Shown in pieces: positions 8,311 through 17,110 of a DNA stretch of 33,629 nt; the first letter of the stretch is position 1; the number at the start of each line of letters is the position of its first letter. The notes below the pieces were generated by a model. The model did no database searches, was not told where the DNA came from, and saw nothing but the letters and a program-made list of their open reading frames with translations. A program made the position numbers and the translations under genes. The stretch comes from Thermoproteota archaeon (lineage in GTDB: Archaea; Korarchaeota; Korarchaeia; Korarchaeales; Korarchaeaceae). The stretch spans positions 1 to 33,629 of the forward strand of contig JAOZFH010000054.1 of the NCBI GenBank assembly GCA_027491415.1, read 5' to 3'.

Positions 8311-9536
8311 GGCCCTGGGCGGCGATCGCGAAGAAGGACGCGCTCCTCTTCTTCAGGAGCAGGTCCACCCTCTTCTGGACCCTCGCGTTCCCTCTGGCCA
8401 TGATGCTGCTCTTCTCGGCGATATTCGGGGGACAGGGCGGCTCTATGTACGACGTCGCGCTGGTGGACCGCGACGGCGGTCAGCTGGCCCGCGCCTTCGC
8501 GGGGACCCTGAACTCCACCGGCCTGTTCAACCTCCACCGATTTGACGACCTCGAGGCCGCAAGGGAGGCCGTGAAGCTCGGGAGAGAGGACCTAGTCGGC
8601 CTCCTGGTGATTCCGCCGGGCTTCACCGAGAACCTGACCTCCGGCAGGGGGGCTAGGATTCAGTTCTTCGTCAGGGAGGGGAACCCGCAGACGCAGCAGG
8701 CCGTCGCGTCCATGATCACCGGGTTCGTCGAGGGGTTCAACGAGGAGTACAGGCGCAGGGCCCTAGAGATGATGTCGGCCTACATCCCCGAGAACCTCTC
8801 GGTCCCCGGGCTCGGGGGGACCATGACCAGGGAGGACCTGATCGAGTACCTCGAGACTTTCGCAAGCCCGGTCGACGTCAGAGTGGCCCTGATCAGCAGG
8901 CCGGAGGTGACCTCCGAGACCGCGGCCTACTGGGAGAACGAGGGGCACTGGGTCTCCATAATGTTCGCCTACTCGTTCATATTCTCCGGGATGGTCGGGG
9001 CTGCGGCGCTGCTGGCCAGCGAGAAGATGACCAAGACGCTGAAGAGGATAAAGATGGCCCCGGCCTCGATATGGCAGCTGCTGGCGGGAAAGGTCGTCGG
9101 TGAGCTGGTCATCCTCACGCTGTCTCAGATCGCGCTCGTCGCCGTCACGGTCCTGATCCTGAGGCCGCAGATAAACTGGAGCCCGGCCCTCGTGCCGCTG
9201 GTCTTGGCCGGGGACCTTGCCGGGGCAAGCCTCGGTCTTCTCGTGGCTGAGGCCTCCCCCGACCCGCGGGCCGCGGCCGAGGCGACGACGGCGGTCGGCG
9301 TGTTCCTGCAGTTCTTCATAGGGATGTACTTCCCGGTGCAGTTCCTCCCCGGTCCGCTGAGGGCGTTTGCCAAGGTTCTTCCGTTCACCAAGGCCGTCCA
9401 GGCCCTCGACCTGATCCTCCTGCAGGGGTACGGCCTAGAGCGGGTGGTGGCTCCGGCCGCCTATCTCTCTATCTCGGCCGTTATCTTCACGGCTCTGGCC
9501 GTGGCGCTGTTCCCGAAGTGGGCTGGCGAGGAGTAG
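8307..9536 (+). CDS. ABC-2 type exporter permease
   Basis: ATGA overlap with the ATPase; N-terminal TM, extracellular domain (VALVDRD, IPPGFT), EK..KTLKRI motif and five C-terminal TMs. Confidence 0.9.
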   Translation: MRPWAAIAKKDALLFFRSRSTLFWTLAFPLAMMLLFSAIFGGQGGSMYDVALVDRDGGQLARAFAGTLNSTGLFNLHRFDDLEAAREAVKLGREDLVGLLVIPPGFTENLTSGRGARIQFFVREGNPQTQQAVASMITGFVEGFNEEYRRRALEMMSAYIPENLSVPGLGGTMTREDLIEYLETFASPVDVRVALISRPEVTSETAAYWENEGHWVSIMFAYSFIFSGMVGAAALLASEKMTKTLKRIKMAPASIWQLLAGKVVGELVILTLSQIALVAVTVLILRPQINWSPALVPLVLAGDLAGASLGLLVAEASPDPRAAAEATTAVGVFLQFFIGMYFPVQFLPGPLRAFAKVLPFTKAVQALDLILLQGYGLERVVAPAAYLSISAVIFTALAVALFPKWAGEE

Positions 9537-9579
9537 CCGGGGTCGCCGAGATCCAAGTGGGGGGAGGGGACCCCTGACT

Positions 9580-10854
9580 CTACCCCTCGGCCCTTCGCCT
9601 CCTCCCCCACCTTATCTTTGCGGTGAGTATCTTCTCGGAGGAGAATATCCTGTCGGCCACCGAGGCAACCCCGAGCGTCCAGGCGCAGAGGTAGAGGACG
9701 CTGGCGGCGTAGGCACCCCAATCCCTCCACACCAGGGCCTGAGACGCGAGGGCCAGGTGTGAGAACGGAATAGCCTGCAGCGCGAGCGCCGCGGCCCTGG
9801 GGAGAGACCGGATGTCGGCGAACATGAGCAGGAACGCCGGCAGGAAGACCAAGACGAACAGGTTACTCACCAGCGCCTGGGCCGACCTCACGTCCTCGGT
9901 GAAGGCAGCCAGGACCGTGGCCAGCGTCAGGGCGAGCATGTTGGCTGCGACCAGCGAAACGCCGAGGGCGACGACCTCCCTGGGCCCCAGCAGGCTCAGC
10001 TCCGCCGTGGGGCCCTCGGCGCCGGAGGGGGTGACCACCCCCATGTAGTAGACGAGCCCCGCGATTACGCCCGCGCTGCCGAGGGTGGCCACGACGGCTG
10101 ATCCTGAGAGCTTGGCCAGGAGTATGCTCCTCCGGCTCACGGGGAGCGTCAAAAGCGTCTCAAGAGTCTTCTCCTCCTTCTCAACCGCGATCGAAGTTGC
10201 CGCGATCTGCATCGCGAATATCAGGACCAGGGAGGCCACCATGGGCAGCATGGTCGCCTGCCCCGCGATCGCTCCCGCGACGGCGTCGGGCGGGACGTCG
10301 AGCACCTGCCCCCTGAACACCGAGGAGTAGGAGACCTGGAGCGGGTCGAGCACCGCCTGCGGATCCGGGACACCCAGCTCCTCCACCAGGGCGGACGCGA
10401 GCGCCTGGGAGGCGGCTTCTATGGCCCCGCCGAGCCTGCCCGTGAACATGACGGAGGAGAACCCTCCCCTCTCGAAGAAGACGGTGACCCTCACAGGGAT
10501 CCTCTCTCCGGATCTGAGGGACTCTCCAAATCCCTCAGGAATCTCTATCAGGGCCCCGGCCCCCAGGGACAGGGCCTCCCGCATCGCGTCCTCCGGCGAC
10601 GCGACCTCGAGCACGGTCCCGGTGGCCTTGAGCGCGGCGACCACGACGGCCGACTCCCTGGATTGGTCGAGGTCCAGCACCGCGACGGGCGTTGTGAGCG
10701 CCGTCTTCTCGGCCGCGGACATCGAGGCCCTCGTGGCGAGCCCTATCACGGGGTAGAGGATCGTTGGCAGCAGGATCATCCCCACCAAGATCTTGGGGTC
10801 GCGCAGGAGGTCGAGGACCTCCTTCCTGACGAGACTCCTCAGCGCCCCGCTCAT
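9580..10854 (-). CDS. ABC-2 permease, NatB-like
   Basis: RKEVLDLLRD N-terminus; SIAVEKEEKTLETLLTLPVSRRSILLAK motif. Confidence 0.9.
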   Translation of the reverse strand: MSGALRSLVRKEVLDLLRDPKILVGMILLPTILYPVIGLATRASMSAAEKTALTTPVAVLDLDQSRESAVVVAALKATGTVLEVASPEDAMREALSLGAGALIEIPEGFGESLRSGERIPVRVTVFFERGGFSSVMFTGRLGGAIEAASQALASALVEELGVPDPQAVLDPLQVSYSSVFRGQVLDVPPDAVAGAIAGQATMLPMVASLVLIFAMQIAATSIAVEKEEKTLETLLTLPVSRRSILLAKLSGSAVVATLGSAGVIAGLVYYMGVVTPSGAEGPTAELSLLGPREVVALGVSLVAANMLALTLATVLAAFTEDVRSAQALVSNLFVLVFLPAFLLMFADIRSLPRAAALALQAIPFSHLALASQALVWRDWGAYAASVLYLCAWTLGVASVADRIFSSEKILTAKIRWGRRRRAEG

Positions 10855-11579
10855 ACGGCCGCCACCCCCACGAAGACCTCCTCGAGGTCGCCGGCGTTGT
10901 ACTTGGCCTTCAGCTCAGAGGGCTCGCCCTCTATCAGCAGCCTGCCCCTGTGCAGGAGCCCGACCCTGTCGCACAGCCTCTCGACCTCCAGCATGTTGTG
11001 GCTCGACAGTATCACGGTCAACCCCTTCTCCTCCACGTACTCCCTGATCACCCTCCTGACGTGGTGGGCGTGTATCACGTCCAGCCCGCTGGTGGGCTCG
11101 TCCAGTATCGCGAGCCTGGGCCTGACCATGAGGGCCCTGGCCAGGGTGAGCCTCCTCTTCATGCCCCTGCTGTAGGTCTTGACCCTGTCCCTTATCCTGT
11201 CGCCGAGCGCGGCTATCCGGACGCCCTCCTCCACCATCTCCTCCAGCTCGGACTCGTCCCTGGCGTAGAAGGAGGCCATGAACTTCAGGAACTCCAGACC
11301 CGAGAGGTTCCGGTAGGCGCCGGCCTCCTCAGGGAGGTAGCTCATCACCGCCCTGGCCTCCTCAGGTCTATCCAGCACGTCTATGCCAAAGACCTCGACC
11401 GAGCCGGAGTCAGGCCTCAGGAGGGTGGCGATTATTCGCAGGGTCGTGGTCTTTCCGGCGCCGTTGGGTCCAATCAGGCCGTAGATCTCACCCTCGTTGA
11501 CCACGAGGTCCAGTCCCTTGAGGGCCTCCACCTTGCCGTAGCTCTTGCGGAGGCCACTCACCACAACGCTCGGGGGCAT
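10851..11579 (-). CDS. ABC transporter ATP-binding protein, NatA-like
   Basis: GPNGAGKTT, YSRGM signature, ILDEPTSGLD, SSHNM; 4-nt overlap with the permease. Confidence 0.93.
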   Translation of the reverse strand: MPPSVVVSGLRKSYGKVEALKGLDLVVNEGEIYGLIGPNGAGKTTTLRIIATLLRPDSGSVEVFGIDVLDRPEEARAVMSYLPEEAGAYRNLSGLEFLKFMASFYARDESELEEMVEEGVRIAALGDRIRDRVKTYSRGMKRRLTLARALMVRPRLAILDEPTSGLDVIHAHHVRRVIREYVEEKGLTVILSSHNMLEVERLCDRVGLLHRGRLLIEGEPSELKAKYNAGDLEEVFVGVAAV

Positions 11580-11622
11580 CGACAGGCCTAGTCTGAGCTG
11601 GAGCTTTAACCGTTCAGCGGGT

Positions 11623-11754
11623 GGGGTTTACGACCGCACCCGGAGAAAAACTGGGGCGCGCGAACTGGCCAAGAAACTCGGGATCTCAAAAGCGTACCTC
11701 TCGGAGACCCTCATGAAGGTCGAGAGCAAGCTGCTCGGGGATCTGGTGCCATGA
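11623..11754 (+). pseudogene. C-terminal remnant of an HTH_10 (bacterio-opsin-activator type) regulator
   Basis: GVYDRTRRKTGARELAKKLGISKAYLSETLMKVESKLL matches GYYDxPR..xxELAxxLGISKx.xSExL..AExKLL. There is no room for the N-terminal domain because the natA-like start is at 11579. Confidence 0.7.
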
Positions 11755-11832
11755 AGCCGGGGGGCGGCGCGGATCATTCGTCTATAGGATTCGTTCCAAT
11801 CTGTTTTGTTTCTGGGCGTCTGACTAACCTCG

Positions 11833-12213
11833 GTGAGAACCGTGCCCTGGGTTTGGCTTCCTAGGAGAAGGAAGAGACCCCCTCGTCGAAGGAGAGCGGC
11901 TCCACCTCCTCCGCCTCCCCCTCCGCCTCCGCCCAGGAGGAGGCTACCCCGTCGGCCCACGGTCGAGGGGGATGGCGTGGACTTGGGCGACGTGGCGAGG
12001 TATGGTGGCGCCGCCGCGCTCGGGGCCGGCGCCGCCCTCCTGTTCGCCTATCGCGACAAGATAGCCAAGGCGCTGAAGGACAAAGATGAGGTCACGGAAG
12101 AAGATGTCAGGAGGGCGGTCGAAGACGCCGTGGCCGGCTCCGAAGGAGAGCTGTCAGAGGAGGACAAGGAGGAGATAGTGAGGAGGGTCCTCGAGGAGCT
12201 CAGGGGGGAGTGA
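11833..12213 (+). CDS. Small hypothetical protein: Arg/Pro-rich N-terminus, Gly/Ala-rich hydrophobic segment, acidic helical C-terminus
   Basis: Open frame with host-like codons in the C-terminal half. The start is uncertain (11833 or 11842). Confidence 0.6.
   Translation: MRTVPWVWLPRRRKRPPRRRRAAPPPPPPPPPPPRRRLPRRPTVEGDGVDLGDVARYGGAAALGAGAALLFAYRDKIAKALKDKDEVTEEDVRRAVEDAVAGSEGELSEEDKEEIVRRVLEELRGE
11902..11934 (+). repeat. CCN x11 low-complexity tract (poly-Pro)
   Basis: cca cct cct ccg cct ccc cct ccg cct ccg ccc. Confidence 0.85.
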
Positions 12214-12254
12214 CCCCCCACTCCCAAATTATTTCTCAGCGGGCACGGCCGCGC

Positions 12255-12388
12255 GTGCCCGTGAGGCTGGACGAGCTTGACCTCAAGATCTTGGCCTTGC
12301 TGTCTAGAGACGGCAGGATCCCTCTCTCGAGGCTCGCAGAGAAGTTGAGGGTGCCCAGGACCACCGTGAACTCCAGGCTCCGCGCGCG
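12255..12388 (+). pseudogene. Truncated Lrp/AsnC family regulator (HTH only)
   Basis: LDELDLKILALLSRDGRIPLSRLAEKLRVPRTTVNSRLR with no RAM domain; TTATTT box at 12229-12234. Confidence 0.8.
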
Positions 12389-13164
12389 GTCGACTACTAC
12401 GGCTGGCCCTACAGGGTGATGAGAGCGCCATCCTGTACAAGCAGGCCGCCGCCTCGGCCCTCGGGAGGATCCACTTCGTGTCTCCGAACGTGAGGCTCGA
12501 GCCCCCGGAGGCGGCCCTCACCGGCCGGCACCTGGCGGAGTTCGTCCAGGTCGACGTAGAGGGCTCCGGGATGAGCTACGAGGAGGTCGTGGATCTGGTA
12601 GAGGGTATGCTGAAGCACGTAGTGGCCGTCGTGAAGGGGGAGGCGTACGGGGAGCTCGAGATCCTTGGGAGGGATCTGCCGGACTGCTCGGACCCCTTCC
12701 CAAGGCTCACCCACTCGAGGGCCGTGTTGATGCTCCGCCCCCCGGCGTCGACGCTGACGAGGCGTCAGAGATTCCCTGGGAGGGGGTGATCCTCTCCGGG
12801 CTGTTCAGGTCACCCTTCTTCATCACCGACTACCCGCTTGGATCCAGGGGGTTCTACGACCTGGGGGACCCCGAGCGGCCTGGAGTCCTGAGGGACTTCG
12901 ACCTCATCTACCCGGAGGGGGTTCGGGGAGGCGGCCAGCGGGGCGGAGAGGGAGTACGAGTATGAGAGAGTCCTCGCCAGACTGAAGATCTCGGGAGAGG
13001 ACCCGGAGGAGTACGGCTGGTACCTGGACATGCTCGCGGACGGGATCAAGCCGACGTCCGGCTTCGGAATAGGCGTCGAGAGGCTTACGAGGTTCCTCTG
13101 CGGCCTCGGCTCGGTCTGGGAGGCCAGTTCTGCCCTAAGGTTCCGGGGGGTCTACTCGCCCTGA
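12389..13164 (+). pseudogene. asnA: Archaeal asparagine synthetase A (AsnRS/AspRS catalytic-core paralog), 5'-deleted and frameshifted
   Basis: Read across frames: VDYYGWPYRVM/SAILYKQ..SPNVRLE..TGRHLAEFVQVDVE (motif 2)..PFFITDYP.GSRGFYD..DFDLIYPEG/FGEAASGAERE..YGWYL..SGFGIGVERLTRF (motif 3)../PKVPG/VYSP*. Shifts near 12420, 12740, 12920 and 13128-13150. Confidence 0.85.
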
Positions 13165-13185
13165 GGGCCCCCGACCCCAGGCCCG

Positions 13186-13191
13186 TTTAAA
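13186..13191 (+). promoter_or_regulatory. TATA box (TTTAAA) of ade, inside palindrome CCGTTTAAACGG
   Basis: 33 nt upstream of ATG 13224. Confidence 0.55.
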
Positions 13192-13223
13192 CGGTGTCCC
13201 TGCTGGGGGCGGCGGGTCGCAGG

Positions 13224-15032
13224 ATGCCAGCCGTCGGTAGGAGCAGGCTCGAGGATGTGACCAAGACCCTGGTGGACGCGGCCATGGGCCGCGTCAAGGC
13301 AGACCTAGTCGTGAGGGGCGGTAACCTTGTCAATGTCTTCACGGGAGAGATCTTGGAGGGCGTGGACGTCGCGGTGAAGGGCGATAGGATAGCCCTGGTC
13401 GGGAGGGCCGACCACACCGTCGGCAACGACACGAAGGTGATCGACGCCTCCGGGAAGTACGTCGTCCCGGGGTTCATGGACGGGCACGTGCACATAGAGA
13501 GCTCGATGCTGACGGTCACGGGGTTCGCCAGGGCTGTCCTGCCCCACGGCACCACGGCGGTGTTCGCCGACCCCCACGAGATCGCGAACGTCCTCGGCCT
13601 GGACGGCGTGAGGCTGATGCTGGAGGAGTCCAGGGGCGTACCTCTGAAGGTGTTCGTAACCCTCCCGTCCTGCGTGCCCGCCACGAGCCCGGAGTTCGAG
13701 ACCGCAGGAGCCGAGATCACCCCAAGCGATGTGGAGGAGGCGATGAAGTGGGAGGGCGTCATCGCCCTTGGCGAGGTGATGAACTACCCCGGCGTTCTCG
13801 CCGGAGACGACAAGATGCACGGTGAGATAGCCGCGACGCTCAGGGCCGGAAAGGTGGTCGAGGGGCACTTCTACGGCAACTTGGAGGAGGAGCTCAGCGC
13901 CTACGCCGCGGCCGGGGTGTCGTCCTGCCACGAGTCCACCACCAAGGAGGCGGGGCTGGCGAAGGCCAGGGTCGGCATCTACACCATGATCAGGGAGGGC
14001 TCAGCCTGGAGGGACCTTGCTGAGGTAATAAGGGCGGTAACCGAGACCAGGATCGACACCCGGAGGTTCTGCCTGGTTAGCGACGACCGGCACCCGGAGC
14101 ACCTGATCTCCGAGGGGCACATGGATCACATAGTCAGGAGGGCCATTGAAGAGGGTCTTGACCCGATCACGGCCATCCAGATGGCCACACTAAACACGGC
14201 GGAGCACTTCCGCGTCGATCAGGATCTCGGGGCCGTCGCGCCCGGGAGGTACGCGGACATACTGCTCCTGAAGTCGCTCAGCAGGGTCGAGGTGGACACG
14301 GTCATAGCGGACGGGAGGGTCGTCGCCAGGGGTGGCAGGCTCACGGTGGAGATCCCAACGCCAGAGTACCCAGAATTTGCCAGGAACACGGTCAGGATCC
14401 CCAGGCCGGTCGAGCCCGGGGACTTCGAGGTGGCGGCCCCGGTCCTCGAGGGGACCGCGAGGGCGAGGGTGATCCAGGTCCAAGAGGCCAGCGTCCTCAC
14501 CAAGGAGGTCATCGTTGACGTTCCGGTGTCCGCCGGCAGGGCGCGGGCGGACCCGGAGATGGACCTCGCCAAGGTAGCCGTGATCGAGAGGCACAGGGGG
14601 ACGGGCGGGAGGTCGGTGGGGTTCGTCACCGGGTTCGGGTTCCGGCGGGGGGCGGTCGCCTCGACGGTGGCCCACGACAGCCACAACCTCCTGGTTGTGG
14701 GCGTCAGCGACGAGGACATGGCGAAGGCGGCCAACGTGCTCAGGGAGGCGGGCGGCGGGATGGTGGCCGTGGCCGACGGAGAGGTGCTCGGCCTCGTGGA
14801 GCTGCCCATAGCCGGCCTGCTCTCCGACGAGCCCGTCGAGAGGGTCGTCGAGAAGGTCCGCGGGCTGGCCGAGGCCTGGAAGGCCCTGGGGTGCGAGATG
14901 GTCTACCCCTTCATGACGATGGCCCTTCTCGCCCTGCCGGTTATTCCGGAACTCAGGATAACCGACAAGGGGCTGATAGACGTCAGCCGCTTCGAGAAGG
15001 TGGACCTCTTCGTGAGCGCCCCCCTGGGCTGA
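13224..15032 (+). CDS. ade: Adenine deaminase
   Basis: PGFMDGHVHIESSM, FADPHEIANV, GEVMNYPGV, HES, IREGSA, SDDRHP, ASTVAHDSHN, LPVIPELRITDKG. Start moved to the ATG downstream of the TATA box. Confidence 0.95.
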   Translation: MPAVGRSRLEDVTKTLVDAAMGRVKADLVVRGGNLVNVFTGEILEGVDVAVKGDRIALVGRADHTVGNDTKVIDASGKYVVPGFMDGHVHIESSMLTVTGFARAVLPHGTTAVFADPHEIANVLGLDGVRLMLEESRGVPLKVFVTLPSCVPATSPEFETAGAEITPSDVEEAMKWEGVIALGEVMNYPGVLAGDDKMHGEIAATLRAGKVVEGHFYGNLEEELSAYAAAGVSSCHESTTKEAGLAKARVGIYTMIREGSAWRDLAEVIRAVTETRIDTRRFCLVSDDRHPEHLISEGHMDHIVRRAIEEGLDPITAIQMATLNTAEHFRVDQDLGAVAPGRYADILLLKSLSRVEVDTVIADGRVVARGGRLTVEIPTPEYPEFARNTVRIPRPVEPGDFEVAAPVLEGTARARVIQVQEASVLTKEVIVDVPVSAGRARADPEMDLAKVAVIERHRGTGGRSVGFVTGFGFRRGAVASTVAHDSHNLLVVGVSDEDMAKAANVLREAGGGMVAVADGEVLGLVELPIAGLLSDEPVERVVEKVRGLAEAWKALGCEMVYPFMTMALLALPVIPELRITDKGLIDVSRFEKVDLFVSAPLG

Positions 15033-15087
15033 CCTCCCACCCACACACTCACCTTTTTACACGCGGGCCGCTCTGACTGTCGAAGAG

Positions 15088-16230
15088 ATGGACACGAAGG
15101 TCATGAGGCTCGCGATCACGATCGCCGCCAGGAGCCTCAAGAGGAGGAGGTTTCGCTCCGCGCTCACGCTCATAGGCGTCGCCGTGGGTATGAGCACCGT
15201 GGTCGCCCTCACGGCCGTCGCGCTGGGCGCCAGGGAGGCTGCCGTGGGCGTTCTTACCCAGACGACCGACTTCATGGTGATGCCGAGGGGAGGCTCCGAG
15301 TTCCAGGCTGAGCTCCCGGAGAGCCTGGTTAAGCACATAAGGCTGTATCCCGAGGTGGAGATGGCTGGGCCCGTCCTCTCTCAGATGCTCTACCTGGAGA
15401 AGGAGCCGGCGTGGGCCATGGGGGTCACCGACGAGTCAGCCGACATAACACGCCTCTCCCTGGTGGAGGGCAGGCGGGTCGAGGAGAGGGGGGAGATAGT
15501 CGTCGGCTACACCCTGGCCCAGGACCTCGGCGTCAAGGTCGGAGATGTCCTGAGGCTAAGCGTATCCCCGGACGAGCCGGGGACCCCGATGAAGGTCGTC
15601 GGAATACTGGAGCCCACGGGCGGCGTCACGGACATGGCCGTCTACCTCAGCCTGAGCGAGCTCCAGGAGATGGTGGGAAAGAAGGGGAAGATCTCCATGA
15701 TCATGATCAGGCTCAAGGATCCCAGGCTCGCCGACCAGTTCAAGGCAAGGGTCGAGGAGAGGTACCCCGACCTGGAGGTCTACGACACGAAGCAGATAGC
15801 GGAGAACGTCGGCAGGGTCCTGGACATGATGAACAGCCTCATACTGGCCATAGGTGGGATCTCCCTACTGGTGGGCGGCCTGGGAGTTATGAACACCACC
15901 ATGGTGAGCGTGCTGGAGAGGACTAGGGAGATCGGGGTTATGAAGGCCATCGGCGCCAAGAGGTCCCACATCCTGACGATATTCCTCATGGAGTCCTTCA
16001 TCCTCGGCATGATGGGAGGGGTGATCGGCGTCCTGGGAGGGGCCGCGCTGGCGAAGCTCGCCAGCACCCTGATACCCAAGATGGTGGGCTTCCCCCTGCC
16101 GGCGAAGCTCACCTGGTGGCTGATCGTCAGCCCGATCCTCTTCGCTGGGCTCCTCGGAGTGGTCGCGGGGTTCTACCCGTCGTGGAGGGGGGCCAGCGTC
16201 AGGCCCATGGAGGCGATTAGGTATGAGTGA
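15088..16230 (+). CDS. MacB/FtsX-family ABC permease
   Basis: RSALTLIGVAVG, a large extracytoplasmic domain, GGLGVMNTTMVSVLERTREIGVMKAIGA and YPSWRGASVRPMEAIRYE. Confidence 0.93.
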   Translation: MDTKVMRLAITIAARSLKRRRFRSALTLIGVAVGMSTVVALTAVALGAREAAVGVLTQTTDFMVMPRGGSEFQAELPESLVKHIRLYPEVEMAGPVLSQMLYLEKEPAWAMGVTDESADITRLSLVEGRRVEERGEIVVGYTLAQDLGVKVGDVLRLSVSPDEPGTPMKVVGILEPTGGVTDMAVYLSLSELQEMVGKKGKISMIMIRLKDPRLADQFKARVEERYPDLEVYDTKQIAENVGRVLDMMNSLILAIGGISLLVGGLGVMNTTMVSVLERTREIGVMKAIGAKRSHILTIFLMESFILGMMGGVIGVLGGAALAKLASTLIPKMVGFPLPAKLTWWLIVSPILFAGLLGVVAGFYPSWRGASVRPMEAIRYE

Positions 16231-17110
16231 GCCTGCGGCCGTCGAGCTGAGGGACGTCAGCAAGGTTTACATGGTGGGAAGCCAGGAGGTCAGGGCCCTC
16301 GACCGCGTGAGCCTTAGGATCGAGAGGGGGGAGTTCATCTCCATAATGGGGCCCTCGGGATCGGGCAAGACCACCCTGCTCAGCGTCATGGGGTGCCTCA
16401 TCAGGCCCTCCAGCGGCAGGATCCTGATAGGAGGGGAGGATGTCACCGACCTGGACGAGGACAGGCTGGCAGTGTTCAGGGCCAAGAGGATCGGCTTCGT
16501 CTTTCAGTTCTTCAACCTGATATCCACCCTCACGGCCTTGGAGAATGTCATGCTTCCCATGACGTTTGCTGGAGACGTCCCCGCATGGGAGATGAAGGCA
16601 AAGGCCATGGAACTCCTCGAGGCCGTCGGCCTGTCTGACAGGGCAGACCACAGGCCAATGGAACTCTCGGGAGGGCAGCAGCAGAGGGTGGCCATAGCCA
16701 GGGCCCTGGCAAACGATCCCGAGATAATCCTTGCCGACGAGCCCACGGGCAACCTGGACAGCCACACGGGCTCAGAGATCATGGCCCTAATGGAGCATCT
16801 GAATCGGGAGCTGGGAAAGACGTTCGTCATAGTCACCCACGATCCGGCTGTGGCCAGGAGGACAAAGAGGATCCTCTACATGAAGGACGGGAGGGTCTAC
16901 GACCGCCCTCCGGAGGAGACGGAGCGCAAGAGCGTTGCCAGCAGAGAGGAGAGGGTTGAGATCCTTCGCCACCTGCTCGCCGAGGTCCGGAGGCTCAAGT
17001 CAGAGGCTGAGCTGGCCTCCCCGTCCATGAGCCTCGGGGAGCTGGAGGACCTGGCAGTTGGCCTGAGGATGGGCATTGCCAGGATCAGGAGGGAGTTGGG
17101 CCGGATATGA
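16223..17110 (+). CDS. MacB/LolD/FtsE-type ABC ATPase with about 65-aa C-terminal helical extension
   Basis: GPSGSGKTT, IGFVFQFFNL, LSGGQQQRVAIARAL, ADEPTGNLD, VTHD; extra tail after MKDGRV. Confidence 0.93.
   Translation: MSEPAAVELRDVSKVYMVGSQEVRALDRVSLRIERGEFISIMGPSGSGKTTLLSVMGCLIRPSSGRILIGGEDVTDLDEDRLAVFRAKRIGFVFQFFNLISTLTALENVMLPMTFAGDVPAWEMKAKAMELLEAVGLSDRADHRPMELSGGQQQRVAIARALANDPEIILADEPTGNLDSHTGSEIMALMEHLNRELGKTFVIVTHDPAVARRTKRILYMKDGRVYDRPPEETERKSVASREERVEILRHLLAEVRRLKSEAELASPSMSLGELEDLAVGLRMGIARIRRELGRI

Noticed and set aside
11628-11960. Minus-strand poly-Gly ORF
   Set aside because: It is the mirror of the poly-Pro tract; the plus-strand frame has the protein-like C-terminus.
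12389-13164. Asparaginyl/aspartyl-tRNA synthetase or programmed frameshifting
   Set aside because: There is no anticodon-binding domain, the motifs fit the AsnA paralog, and there are too many indels in both directions for recoding.
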